From Octopus bimaculoides (Eukaryota): a DNA stretch of 64,000 bases. Numbering within the stretch: the stretch's first letter is position 1; each line of letters begins with the position of its first letter. This document shows positions 1 to 12,901 of this stretch, piece by piece. Below the pieces are notes generated by a model. That model had not been told where the DNA came from. It searched no databases and saw only the letters and a program-made list of their open reading frames with translations. Location of the stretch: positions 87,185,875 to 87,249,874 of the forward strand of contig NC_068990.1 of NCBI RefSeq assembly GCF_001194135.2, read 5' to 3'. A program made the translations under genes and the position numbers.

Positions 1-263
1 ATATATACTTCGGGCTTCTTTATTATTGCAGAGAATAGTGGATTGCCATAGAGAATAGTGGATGACACAGACATGACACTGGCAATTGTGGATCAATAGG
101 CATACAGAAAATAATAAATTAATACAGAGGATAGAGAAATAGAAATAAGAAAACCATTTGAGCGTTATACAAAATTAATTACGTCCCTTTATATTCGACG
201 GTCAAAGTTGATTTCAGACTTTGAGCTTCCTAATCCGATATAATATATACCAGTAAAATTCTG

Positions 264-557
264 TGTGGCTGACTCATAGGGGATGATGCTACTGTTGTTT
301 ATAGCCCCAGGAAGACATCTCCTCCAGCTGGCTAACGACACACTGTCTGTGTCCGATCAGCATTTGCGAAGGCAAATCATCGTTCCCATCTCTAACCTTA
401 CGTGCGGGTCCATGTGTATCACGTAAGGCTAGAGATGGGAACGATGATTTCCCTTCGCAAATACTGATCGGACACAGACAGTGTGTCGTTAGCCAGCTGG
501 AGGAGATGTCTTCCTGGGGCTATAAACAACAGCAGCGTCCCCTATGGGTCAGCCACA
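264..557. mobile_element. Fold-back (MITE-like) element with ~140-bp arms and a 15-nt spacer
   Basis: 264-404 is the reverse complement of 420-557 with 6 substitutions and one 3-nt indel; no clear TSD. Confidence 0.75.
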
Positions 558-1256
558 TTTAGGTGGCAAATATACTTCACGATGTCGTGCTGCTACTGTT
601 TACATCTCGCTCAGAGATTTATCATTGCTTAATCTTCATCCGATATTGATATATTCCGTTCCATTACACAATAGCCGATTCATCTATTTGTGCTGAATTA
701 TGTGCTTAAGTAAAAAACAATTTTTGAAAAAAACCGTTTTCGGTGTTATGTCTAGACCGTCAAGTCAAACACCGATCAGGCTTCTAGATAATTAATTATT
801 GATTGCACGATCTTAGAGATTGACTTTCACTTGCTCAGATCAATCCAGTTCAATTAGATCGTTAATGATTATAGGATGTCAAAATCCTAGCCTCCACCAA
901 TAACGCTCACCAAACCACTCCTAATACTTCAAGATCAAACTCATAATTGATTATATATTAAAATACGTCTTTCTTATCCAAATTGTAGTAGAAAGAGGTG
1001 TCATCGTCGTCGTCGTCGTCGTCGTCGTCGTAGCTGTTGTTGCTTGGTCTCAGGTGAACCCTGAATGAGCGAGCCTATGATAAAGAAGTCACTAAAGGCA
1101 CGACCATCTCTTTTCGTTTTTTCATTTTTATTTTGTGTTTGTTTGTACCTGCGTTTTCTGCAGCATTGTAGGCCTCTGGGTCGTATAGTTTTTTTTGTTA
1201 TTATTATTTCAAGACAGCAAACCACAACATACATAGATCTGAATTGGGCGTCTAGA

Positions 1257-1471
1257 AGGCGGAGAGCTGGCAGAAACGTTAGCATGCCGGGCGAAATGCT
1301 TAACGGTATTTCGTCTGCCGTTATGTTCTGAGTTCAAATTCCGCCGAGGTCGACCTTGCCTTTCATTCTTTCGGGATCGATAAATGAAGTACCAGTTACG
1401 CACTGGGGTCGATGTAATCGACTAGCACTCTCCCCCAAAATTTCGGGCCTTGTGCCTATAGTAGAAAAGAA
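1257..1471 (+). mobile_element. tRNA-derived SINE family A, near full length
   Basis: GGCGGAGAGCTGGCAGAAACGTTAGC head, B-box GAGTTCAAATTCC, body GATAAATGAAGTACCAG...GGGGTCGATG; more than 10 copies in the window. Confidence 0.85.
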
Positions 1472-1829
1472 ATGAATTGGGCCTCTAGACTTGAGAGGCC
1501 CTGGGCAACTGCCCAGTGTGCCCATGCCTTAAGACGGCTCAGGTTNNNNNNNNNNNNNNNNNNNNNNNNNNNNNNNNNNNNNNNNNNNNNNNNNNNNNNN
1601 NNNNNNNNNNNNNNNNNNNNNNNNNNNNNNNNNNNNNNNNNNNNNNNNNNNNNNNNNNNNNNNNNNNNNNNNNNNNNNNNNNNNNNNNNNNNNNNNNNNN
1701 NNNNNNNNNNNNNNNNNNNNNNNNNNNNNNNNNNNNNNNNNNNNNNNNNNNNNNNNNNNNNNNNNNNNNNNNNNNNNNNNNNNNNNNNNNNNNNNNNNNN
1801 NNNNNNNNNNNNNNNNNNNNNNNNNNNNN

Positions 1830-2046
1830 ATTGAGCGAAAACACCTAAGCTCCACGAGGCTCTGGCAGGGGGTGGTGGCAACCACTGTTGCATTCTTTCG
1901 CTCCAACTTTCTCTCACTCTTTCTTCATGTTTCTTGAGTAACGCTGTGATGGACTGGCATCCCGTCCAGCTGTGGGGGAGGGGGACACATACGCCATAGA
2001 AACCGGGAAACTGGGCCCATGAGGCTAGCTAGGCTCTGAAAGGGCG
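1830..2046 (+). mobile_element. SINE 3' part with V-domain-like motif
   Basis: GTGATGGACTGGCATCCCGTCCAG resembles the V-SINE core; related tail at 5748-5968. Confidence 0.55.
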
Positions 2047-2581
2047 ACGTTTGCTTTTTTTATATCGCAGACTACAATATTTAATGTGTTCTATTTTAAA
2101 GAAAATAATGTGAAGTGTGAAGAAGGTTTGGCTGCTATTTCTAGAAAGCCAATCAACAACTTAGAGGCTCGCATTATTATTGGTTCAATTGGTGCGTGAG
2201 ATGCAACATTTTGTGCAAAAGAATCGCTTGCTATAATAAATCAAATGTCCAACTAATTCGCGGAGAATTAATTAATAATTAAAAACTATTTTGGGTTTTG
2301 GGATTTATTTTTCTTTGTTTATTGCTGCTGTTGTTCGATTGTTTTTGTCTTTGTGGGGGAGGGTCCACTAAAATCGCAGATTTTAATAATTTGGTTTTTA
2401 ACCTAAATTGATTTTTGTGACGTTGGAAGGCAACTTAATTGAACTAAAATTACAATACAGGGCAAATGTTTATCACCTAAATACGGTTGAGAGCTGGAGA
2501 AAAAGTTAAGACACTTCTTTGCTTTTTTTATCATCATCACCATCACCACCACCACCACCACTATCATCATCATCATCATCA

Positions 2582-2612
<31 letters not shown>

Positions 2613-2625
2613 CATTATTATTATT

Positions 2626-2707
2626 AAGGCGGTGAGCTGGCAGAATTGTTAGCATGCTGAACGAAATACTTAGTGGCATTTCGCCCGTCGCTACGTTCTG
2701 AGTTCAA
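2626..2707 (+). mobile_element. SINE family A, head only, after an (ATC)n/(ATT)n microsatellite
   Basis: Matches the 1257 copy up to the B-box. Confidence 0.75.
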
Positions 2708-2777
2708 AAATGTGGTTTGGGAGAGATTTAGTAGTTATTTTTAGACTACATAAATACTTCCTCATTGGCCTACGTTT

Positions 2778-3461
2778 TCATTTGGAGAATATGCGCCAAA
2801 TTACTTTGAGCCGAACTCTAGTCTCTTGTGTTTGAGTGTAGAGAAGGAGCAGACAACGATATCTGAAGCCTCTATATTCAATCCAAATAATTTTGTAGAG
2901 CATCACAGGGCTTCCGGGTGAAAATACTTGGCGAAAAAACTGTGAATCCTGATAAAACTCGTGGTCACCTTTAGAAGCCATCAGTATTTGAACGAGTAAT
3001 AAAGCGTTATTTACATGGGTCACCTCCTCCAAGACAAGCACCAAAACAGTCCAATGCAAATTCTAATCAAAACTTGTGCTTGCTTCTTTTATGGTGAGGA
3101 AGATAGCAGAACGAATTGTCCTTTCCAGAAGCTTAGCTTCAGTAAAAATATTCATGTGTGGTACGCCTTTCTGAAGGAGAACTATCTGGTTGCTATTAAA
3201 ACTAAGTTCTATAGAAATTGCTACAAGGAATTCGATCAGCATTACTATAAATTGATCCGAAACAGAAACTAAAGTACAGAAAATATTGATGTTGCAATTC
3301 GTCAAAATGGTTGCTGCAGGGTGCAACATTTTTAGATGAAAGACTGGAATAACATGACATCCAGAAGTCTGTGAACTGGTGCTAGTTTGAAAGAAATTAT
3401 ACTTGCGAATTCTTCCTTCAGGTAGGGGCATAAAAGGAAAGCCATGATAATATAGGATAAT
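2778..3461 (-). pseudogene. Unidentified 228-codon reading frame with a single internal TAG (3063-3065)
   Basis: ORFs 3063-3431 and 2778-3059 share a frame, which is also open upstream to 3461; non-repetitive, protein-like composition. Family not recognised. Confidence 0.4.
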
Positions 3462-4461
3462 TCAATTACTTGGAGACAAGCAGTAATACCAGTTAGATAG
3501 TCAAGCATTAGTGACGTGAGGATGGCAGGTCTTACGTCGGTTTCGACGATCAGAATTCAGATGTTCAGTTTACTAATTTCTTGCATTGAAGGTGCTAATA
3601 TTCATCTCAGAATGGGAATGTCGCATGACTAGGGGTTTGGAGAGAATACCTTCAATGAGTGATGCCTTAGATCAGCATCTTTCAAGTATCGTAGTTTCGT
3701 GATTGATGCAATGATGCTAATGTAAAATTCCTACAACCATGGAAGAACTGAGACAGAAAGAAACTGGTTCTTCCAGTTTAAATTACGTGAACACTTGCAA
3801 GAGATGTATTCAAACTTGATATAAAATGTTCCAACACAAAATCATATTCATTGCGAAAGTGTAAAACAGCAAAACTGATACAAACACGTTTGTGCAGATG
3901 CAAATCTACAGAATAAATAACTCTTAGATGTTTCCTTGTCATCTCTCGTTGATTAATATTTGTGTGCTCGTAAATTTTGAAACATTTTCCGCAATTTATA
4001 AAATTATTTAATGCATTTTATCTTTCACTTCTATCATTTTTTAAAATTTTTTATGTCATCGGTGATTTGAGGGTAGGGTCTTTATAATGAATGTGAGGAC
4101 TTCTTTTTTCTTTTTTTTTTCATTGTTTTGGCTAACCATTCTTTTTTTTTTCAATTATTAAAGTAGATGTTTTTGCTAATGGCATAAACTGGTTCTTGGA
4201 CATATGAAATATTAATGAATACTAATGAGATCTTCATGTGAAAGCAACTAATGCTAAATATGTTCAGATAAGGGATTGGCCTATGTCTTGTGAGTTTGGT
4301 AGGCGTAGATAGCCCATCGTATGTGTGTGTGTGTGTGCGTATGTGTGCGTGTGTGTATAAGTGTTGACGTCATAAAGATTTATAAACTTTGGAGAGAACG
4401 TGAAATAATTCTTTTTGTTTTCTTTTTTGGGTGAGTGGATCTCGAAGCACATAAAGATATA

Positions 4462-4634
4462 GTTCTGAGTTCTGAGTTCAAATTCCGCCGAGATCGACTT
4501 TGCCTTCCCTCCTTTCGGAGTCGATAAATTAAGTACCAGTTACGCACTGGGGTCGATGTAATCGACTTAATCTCTTTGTCTATCCTTGTTTGTCCCCTCT
4601 ATGTTTAGCCCCTTGTGGACAATAAAGAAATAAG
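4462..4634 (+). mobile_element. SINE family A, 5'-truncated, with alternative 3' tail
   Basis: B-box and body match; tail TTTGTCCCCTCTATGTTTAGCCCC is also seen inverted at 54236. Confidence 0.8.
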
Positions 4635-5313
4635 TAACATAAAACCCAGAAACTCCTATAAGTGAAGCGAATTTCTTCACTATTTCACCCCTGCCTAGAA
4701 ATTAACAAATTATTTCACCGCCGTCTTTTTGCACTCACACTTGAATATCATTTCTGTTGTGTTTGAATTCTTGAGTTACTCAGGAACAATATCACATTAT
4801 CATTGAGCACCGCGCCACATCCATATCCGCCCACCAAAACATCAGATGCCATAGTTCTTATCCAATCGACTTGCTTGATTGAAATCTTCAATGTCAATAT
4901 CTCCGCTAATGTTATCTCAGAAACTACTGAAGTTGAGGAGTTCAAATATGCAATAAAAACACTTTAATTTTGCTTTTCATGTTAGTGTGGTTCAATATTT
5001 TGCTTATTTTGCAAGTTATTTCGATATCTGAGGCGAGGTTTATGCGTTATACGTCAAACGCAATCAGTTACACGTAATACCGAAATGCCATAACAATACA
5101 TTAATATACATAATAACACAGATAAATTTATTTGGGGTTATAATTGTTGGTGAACTTTTGTGTCTGTAATAATTAGCAGCGCAAAATATATTTTTGAAAT
5201 ACTTTCTATATATATATAAATAAGCAGAAGACTTTCCTTTCCTTTCTTTCTTTCTTTCTATTTGTCTTTTTCGCCAGTTACTAAAATGTACCGGTTCGTA
5301 TTTGACCGAATAC

Positions 5314-5696
5314 GAGGTGGTGAGCTTGCAGAATTGTTAGCACGCCGGGCGAAATGCTTGACGCTATTTCGTCTGTCTGTACGTTCTGAGTTCAAATTCC
5401 GCCGAGGTCGACTTTACCTTTCATCGTACTATTTTTCTTAAGATTTTACCTTTCTTTTATTATTATTAAATCCAGCGTGGTGGGGGGGGAGCTAGCAGAA
5501 CCGTGAGCATGCAGGATAAAATTGATGTCTGGCGGTATTTCTACCGGTAGTGTTCTGAGTTCAAATTCTGTCGAGATCGACTCTACCTTGCAGGCTCGAT
5601 AAAATACGTAGCAGATGAACACTGGAATCAGTGTAATCAACTTACCCCACTCCCCCTAAAATAAAAAATTGCTGGAATTGTGCTAAAATTTAAAAC
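5314..5696 (+). mobile_element. Two tandem SINE family A copies (5314-5428 truncated; 5478-5696 diverged)
   Basis: Two heads, each with a GAGTTCAAATTC B-box. Confidence 0.7.
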
Positions 5697-5747
5697 TAAA
5701 ATTCGAAAAATTTGAAACCAACGTGAAACATAAAAAAGAAAGAATTC

Positions 5748-5968
5748 CCTTCTTGAGCCATGCCAGGTTCCTCAAGGTTTCAATGGCGTATAAATTCCCC
5801 ACCTGGACAGGACGCCGGATTACTCATTTTCGCCAGTGGACTGGAGCAACGTGAAATGAAAAGTATTACTCAAGAGTACAACGCATCGCTTAACCCAGGA
5901 ATCGAAACCACAATCTTACAATCGTGAGTCCAACACCTTAACCACTAAGCCACGCGTCCCCCACAAAA
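5748..5968 (-). mobile_element. tRNA-headed SINE with partial V-domain-like motif
   Basis: Minus strand: GCGTGGCTTAGTGGTTAAGG...GGTTTCGATTCC head; GGCGTCCTGTCCAGG; tail similar to 1830-2046. Confidence 0.65.
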
Positions 5969-7496
5969 CATAAAACGTCATTCTAAAAATAAATGTATTC
6001 AGTTTCCCAGGTTGAAGTAGTTGCGTTCCTTGTAGAACTCTTGTGATATAGAGATAAAAAAAAAAACAGCATGCTCTCTCAGGTGAAGTATATATATATT
6101 TTTTTTTTTCTAGTTTGGGGGCTTTAATCGATATGTTACTTAATTAATCGTCTAATAAAATATAGAAAAAGAAACATCCGTCATATAAACACGTTTGTAC
6201 AATGTCCTAGTTCCTTCTGATTTATGTCACCAGCTACCTTTTGACATGTTGATTACATATTAATCATTTCATAAAACGCACCGGCGCTGCTTGATGCTTA
6301 TTCGTGTTGTGCTGTAACCAGCATTGAATTTTAGTTAATTGCAGAGTAGAGAATAATTCGAAAAAAAATGTAATGTAATTTTGCTAATACAAACTTCATT
6401 ATAATACTTCGTAAAAAGATGGAGGGAAAAGTAAAGCCAGCCCGGGGATATTTAAACATATGAATTTTAGTTTTATCTTTACCTTATTTATTTTTTTTAT
6501 CTATTTGCAGTCTAATTAATGGAGTTCGTTATTTTTTTTTTTATGATGCTGTAATCAAATGAAGAAGAAAATTTTAACTGTGTGTATAGTGTATTCTCGG
6601 TGTACACAGATAAAAAGACCTACATCAGATATTTCAAGATGATGCAGTTTAGATTCATAAACAGAGAAAAAGAATAACGTGTGACAGAAAAAGTAGAGGG
6701 GTGGATCAGAGGATCAAGTTCAAATCCCGCAGAGAGCCATTTTGTCTTGCTTCCATGGTTGATAACGTAAGCACCATAAAAGGATTCAATACAGTTACTT
6801 TAAGAACCTAGCATTTCGGTTCCTTGCCCGCCATCAGAGAGTGAGGAAAATAATAGAGTAGTGTTGTCACAACTTTCCAGTTTACACAAGAGAGGAAGTT
6901 CAGTGCTCCTAACCCTTTTTTAAGGATTACAGTGGCTTTGACTGTTTAATGTGGGTTCAATTCTAAGTGAAATATTAGTCAGTGTGAGATGACTGGGAAG
7001 CATTTATTCTGTAGATTTGCAGCTGCACAAACGTGTTTGTATCAGTTTTGCTGTTTTATACTTTCGCAATGAATATGGTTTTGTGTTGGAGCATTTTATA
7101 TCAAGATTCAATGTAGCCCTTGCAAGTGCTCACGTAGTTTAAACTGGAAGAACCGGTTCCTTGTCCGTCTCAGTCCTTCCATGGTTGCAAGAATTTTACA
7201 TTAACATAATCGCATAAACTGATCCTCCCGTTATTTTGTATACAAAGAACTATTTTTTTAAATCTGTCCCTCTTTGATAAGATGGTATGGTGTAGTTTGA
7301 AAGAAATTTTGCAGTTTTTTCTAGCAGGTCCAGTAACTGTATAGAGACTCGCTTCCAGGCTTTTTGGGGGTTTTTTTTGCAATTCTTTGTTGTTGTTCTT
7401 GTTCATGTTCATGTTGCGTGTGTGTGTGTGTGTATATCTGTGTGTGTATATCTGTGTGTGTGTGTATATGTATGCATAGATAGACAGATATGTGTG

Positions 7497-7620
7497 TGTC
7501 GATTTTGCTTTTCTTCTTTCGAGGTCGATAAATTAAGTACCAGTTGCGTACTGAGGTCGATCTAATCGACAACCCCCCCCTTCCCCAAAAATTTCGGACC
7601 TTGTGCCTTAAGCAGAAAAG
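7497..7620 (+). mobile_element. SINE family A, 3' half
   Basis: GTCGATAAATTAAGTACCAGTTG...CCAAAAATTTCGGACCTTGTGCC. Confidence 0.75.
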
Positions 7621-8126
7621 TACTTATATATGTATACACACACACACACGTTGCGTGTGTCTATGTATTTGCATGCAGTTTCAATAGTCAATGGAATGGT
7701 GGCTAATACGTCAAGTCTCCTTGTAAAGGTTACTAAATCACTATTCTAAAATGCACTGAGTGGTCGTCCTTCCATTCAATGTCGAATTGCATTTTTTATA
7801 TAAAACAAGCAAACGGCACATGTGTGTGGAGGAGGAGATGCGCGCGTGGAAAGAGAGGCGGAGAGGAGGCGAGAGAGATGGGTAATGTAGATAAAAATTA
7901 AGAAAACGAGATGATTATGTGAGCTCATGAAATATACATTTTATTACACTGGAAACAGTCGACCTAATTTAGTAGGCACATTTAGATTCTGATTAGGATC
8001 GATCTTCCTATAACTATGTTACCACCGGAAGACGGCAGTCGATTGCAGTCGTATGCATTACTATTGAGACATAGACATCTATGTGTGTATGTAAGTGCAT
8101 ATATACGTATATATATAAATATATAC

Positions 8127-8262
<136 letters not shown>

Positions 8263-8988
8263 ATACAGACGCGTAGGCATGCATATATGCGTACATATGG
8301 GTAATTACCTTATTTGATGAGATCATTATTGGTTGCAACGAGGAGAAGAAACTCATGTCATTATCTAAACAGATCAATTATTGCCTGGAAATGATAGATC
8401 TGGACTATTGGATGATAATTTGGCCGGCATTGACAGGTTGGACATAACAACGTTGGCTTATCCAAAATTGCTTCTTATACCAAAATGTGAAAGTGTGTGT
8501 GTGTGTATAAAACATATATATATACATATATATATATGAGAATTTATATATGTATATCTGTATATGAACACTATATATGTATATATATGTGTGTGTGTGT
8601 GTAAATGTGTGTTTGTGTGTGTGTGTGTGCGTGTGCGTGTGCGTATCTGTGTATATATATATATATATATATACACACAAGCAAACGTAACACAATGGTA
8701 GAATATACACACAGATAGCATACACAATTCACATCTTGAAAGTAGACATCTGAGTGACAACGTCTATTATATGTAGCAAGAGAAAACTCCAATAGTGATG
8801 TCTGTACTGATTGCGCCAGTAACATTAATCCCGTTGACACGCCGTTCGGTAGTTCATTCTCTTCGTTCGGTAACATACGCCACTATTATTTCACGTAGAT
8901 GAGTCTACAGAGGCCGAGGAACGTACATATTAAATCATGGACATTGCGGTAACCAACAGACTGCAAGCTATTCATACGAAAATATTGA

Positions 8989-9206
8989 TTTCAAATCTTG
9001 GCACAAGGCCAGCCGTCTCGGGGGAGAGGAAGTCCATTACATAGACCCCAGTGCTCAACTGGTACTTATTTTATCGACCCCCATAAGAATGAAAGGTAAA
9101 GTCTACCTCGGCGGAATTTGAGCTCAGAACGGAGCTACGGGCAAAATGCAAAATACAGTGAAGCATTTCGTCCCGCGTGCTAACGATTCTGCCAGCTCGC
9201 AGCCTT
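8989..9206 (-). mobile_element. SINE family A
   Basis: Reverse complement of head, B-box and body. Confidence 0.75.
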
Positions 9207-9239
9207 TACTCATACGAAAATATTAAGAAACCTTGATAA

Positions 9240-9870
9240 AAACTAGACATAGTGCAAGTCTTGTCTGAGTGCTAACCAGCAGTCACCGAAGCGGGGATAT
9301 AGATGGTGTTATTCTAAGGTCTTCAGGACTCTCTTTCGCAAGAGAAATACAATAAACAAGAGAAACATCAGCCACAGGAGAAACCAACACCACCAATCAA
9401 CTTCGACCACAGCAAGAACAAATATTTTACTACAGGGGCGACCACAGCAAGAACAACCATTTTACTACAAAGGGCCAAATCATGAGATGAAGGTTGACTT
9501 GGTAAAGAAGACCGTGCAGAGAATTCTAAATCTTGTCGTTTATGGTTTGATGAAGCAAAGGAAATAATCCTGATCGAGCTCACGCTTCTGTAGTAAAAAT
9601 ATTGCATTCAAGTTTTTGAATGGCAAAACATCAGATACCAGCATATTTTTGCAAGATTACAAGAAGCAATGATAGTAGATATGGCTGTTCCTTTTCGAGT
9701 TTAACTATTTCTGACCATTTCCCTATGAGAATTCGTAGCCAGCTGCATGTAAGATAGAAGAGGTATCAAAAAGAGACTATTGCTGGTTAAAATACATTAG
9801 AAACGACCTAAAATGGAAGCCACGAACGTAAGTGATTCGGTTACCATTGCCCACTCATCAGCGGCGAGGT
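9240..9870 (+). mobile_element. Decayed RLE-type non-LTR retrotransposon C-terminus (HERO-like)
   Basis: Frameshifted translation gives QVLSEC*PAVTEAG / YRWCYSKVFRTL ... ILLQRAKS(W)EMKVDL ... KEIILIELT ... EWQNIRYQHI, in the order expected for the CCHC-to-PD..D endonuclease region. Confidence 0.55.
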
Positions 9871-10289
9871 ATTACAATTTAGAGTCAAAACATCCAGTGA
9901 CCACAGTTTGGCGTCTGATGATGATATGAACTCCTTCTTGGTCCCGGCTACATTCACTGTTTTTTAGAGGAAATCATACATTTTGTGTGTGCGTATTTGT
10001 GAGTGTAAGTGCGTGTATTTATGTATACATACACACATACACACATACACACACGCATACATACATACATACATACATACATACATACATGCATACATAC
10101 ATACATATTTGACCTGAGATCGTGTGCTGAAACAAAAACAATTGCAGCGTGGATGGTGTTTATAAACCATTTAAAAACACACAAAAACCGTTATATTTAC
10201 TTCAACATTTAAATTTAATTTGTCAAAATATTTTCGTCGCTTTGAAACCGTGACTTGTTCGCTGACAAAATTCCATATTTATACATATA

Positions 10290-10330
<41 letters not shown>

Positions 10331-10743
10331 TGTATAAAGGATCGTGGATAAGGCCAGAACAATGCAAAGTAAATGTAGGCTTACCTTGCAGTCAATATTT
10401 CTTGAAAATGAGGTCATAACCCCGAAATATTGCATGCAAAGTAAGTCTACATTAATTCATATATTTGTTTTCTTGTAATTTACTTTTGCATTTACTTTGC
10501 ATTGTTCTGGCCTTACCCACGACCTTTTATACAATATATTCTTCACAATGCTTCATAGTAATTATTCCAATATAATATGTATGCATGCATGACTGTATAA
10601 ATGTAAGTATGTATGTATGTACATATACATATACAGAAGTACTTTTAACATATATCTATAAGCATATAAATATATATATATGATACACATATATTTATAT
10701 ATCGACACACATACATATATATATATATGTCTATATATTCGTT

Positions 10744-10935
10744 TGTTCTTTTACTCGTTGCAGTCATTTCACTGCAACACCGCCTTTAGTCGAACAAATC
10801 GACCCCCAGACTTATTCTTTGTAAGCCTAGTATTTATTCTATCGGTCTCTTTTGCCGAACCACGAAATTACGGGGATGTAAACGCACCAACATCGATTGT
10901 CAAGCGATGGTGGGGAGGGGACAAACACAGACACA
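10744..10935 (-). mobile_element. SINE family B, 3' half
   Basis: Reverse complement of GTTTGTCCCC...CTTGACAATCGATG...GATAGAATAAATACTAGGCTTACAAAGAATAAGTC. Confidence 0.8.
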
Positions 10936-10970
10936 CAAACATATACATATATGTATACATATACACACAT

Positions 10971-11003
<33 letters not shown>

Positions 11004-11869
11004 CAGGGGTCGGACAAAATAATGGAAATACTTTTCAGATAGGGACCGTCGGACTATTACGCGAATTGTTAAAAAGGATCACAAAAGTACAGCTCCCCAA
11101 ATTACTGCAGAAGCTAATGACCACCTCGAGAACACACANNNNNNNNNNNNNNNNNNNNNNNNNNNNNNNNNNNNNNNNNNNNNNNNNNNNNNNNNNNNNN
11201 NNNNNNNNNNNNNNNNNNNNNNNNNNNNNNNNNNNNNNNNNNNNNNNNNNNNNNNNNNNNNNNNNNNNNNNNNNNNNNNNNNNNNNNNNNNNNNNNNNNN
11301 NNNNNNNNNNNNNNNNNNNNNNNNNNNNNNNNNNNNNNNNNNNNNNNNNNNNNNNNNNNNNNNNNNNNNNNNNNNNNNNNNNNNNNNNNNNNNNNNNNNN
11401 NNNNNNNNNNNNNNNNNNNNNNNNNNNNNNNNNNNNNNNNNNNNNTATATATATATATCATATGTATATATTATACACACACACATATGCGTGTGTGTGT
11501 GTGTGAGTGTGTATAAATAAATATATATATAGAGAGAGAGAGAGAGAGATATATACACACACATATATACACACACATATATAAGCGTGGCTATATGTAT
11601 GTGTGCGTATGTGTGTAGGAGTGTAAAGAGAAAGAGAGGGAAAGAGAATAGAAGAGGCACACATATGCACATCACACAGCACCTCTTAATTCATACAAAA
11701 TGTGAGATATTTATTACAAAATTGCTCGATAAATAACTCAGATAAAGTTCGAGTTATTTCAAATTCGTTGTAACACGTTGGAGCGAAGAGAAGAATCTAG
11801 AATATTCAGTGAAAATTATATGTGTGTACATTATCTTTAGTTCCGCGAAACGGACGCAAACACGCGCAC

Positions 11870-11912
<43 letters not shown>

Positions 11913-12315
11913 AGGCTAAATAAAATTCAGTAGATGAATATATAGAATCAAAACTCTGATGAGTGACATGGTCGAAACCCTCAGGCTTTGAGTCGCCGCT
12001 GTAAGTCTTGCTGTTCCTGTCTTGGTTTGCGTTTGCTACCTTGGAATCCTCTGTTTAGTGGGTTGATCCACTTCTCAGGAAGAGACTATTCTAGAGTACG
12101 TTCTGCTTTATCTTCGAAACGTCGAGTTAGAATAGAGGCAGCTGACGAAGGATTTATTCCAAGTGGCTATCTGTTTTCCTATGTGTCCGTTCCGTTGTCT
12201 GTATTTCATTGTTCTAACGTCCTGTACCCTGATATGCATCTATATACACATGTAGATGTAAGTATGTACATATATGTGTGTATACATGCATATATATTCT
12301 TTGTATTATATATAT

Positions 12316-12372
<57 letters not shown>

Positions 12373-12853
12373 TAAATAAATACATACATACGTAGGTAGG
12401 TAGGTACGTAGATAGTTAGATAGATAGATAGATACATACATACATATATATGTAAGTATGTACATGCGTATGTATATATATTAATATATATGTATATATA
12501 TTAATATATATATGTATATATATATATTTATNNNNNNNNNNNNNNNNNNNNNNNNNNNNNNNNNNNNNNNNNNNNNNNNNNNNNNNNNNNNNNNNNNNNN
12601 NNNNNNNNNNNNNNNNNNNNNNNNNNNNNNNNNNNNNNNNNNNNNNNNNNNNNNNNNNNNNNNNNNNNNNNNNNNNNNNNNNNNNNNNNNNNNNNNNNNN
12701 NNNNNNNNNNNNNNNNNNNNNNNNNNNNNNNNNNNNNNNNNNNNNNNNNNNNNNNNNNNNNNNNNNTATATATATGTATGTATGTATGTTTCTATGTATG
12801 TATGTATAGCTGTTTCTTTGTGGTTATGTGTCTGTGCTTTTATGTAAGAATGA

Positions 12854-12901
<48 letters not shown>

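Noticed and set aside
4700-4950. Possible Merlin/IS1016-like transposase remnant (DNISGDIDIEDFNQ..NYGI*CFGGRIWMW)
   Set aside because: Several stops, no catalytic motif or TIR identified; similarity too weak.
8295-8440. ~48-codon + frame VITLFDEIIIGCNEEKKL...
   Set aside because: Short, no splice or start support, no recognised homology.
12110-12155. CGAAACGTC...CTGACGAAG (also 59825-59865) as a permuted hammerhead
   Set aside because: Stem I does not form and stem II is at most 3 bp; the geometry is not satisfied.
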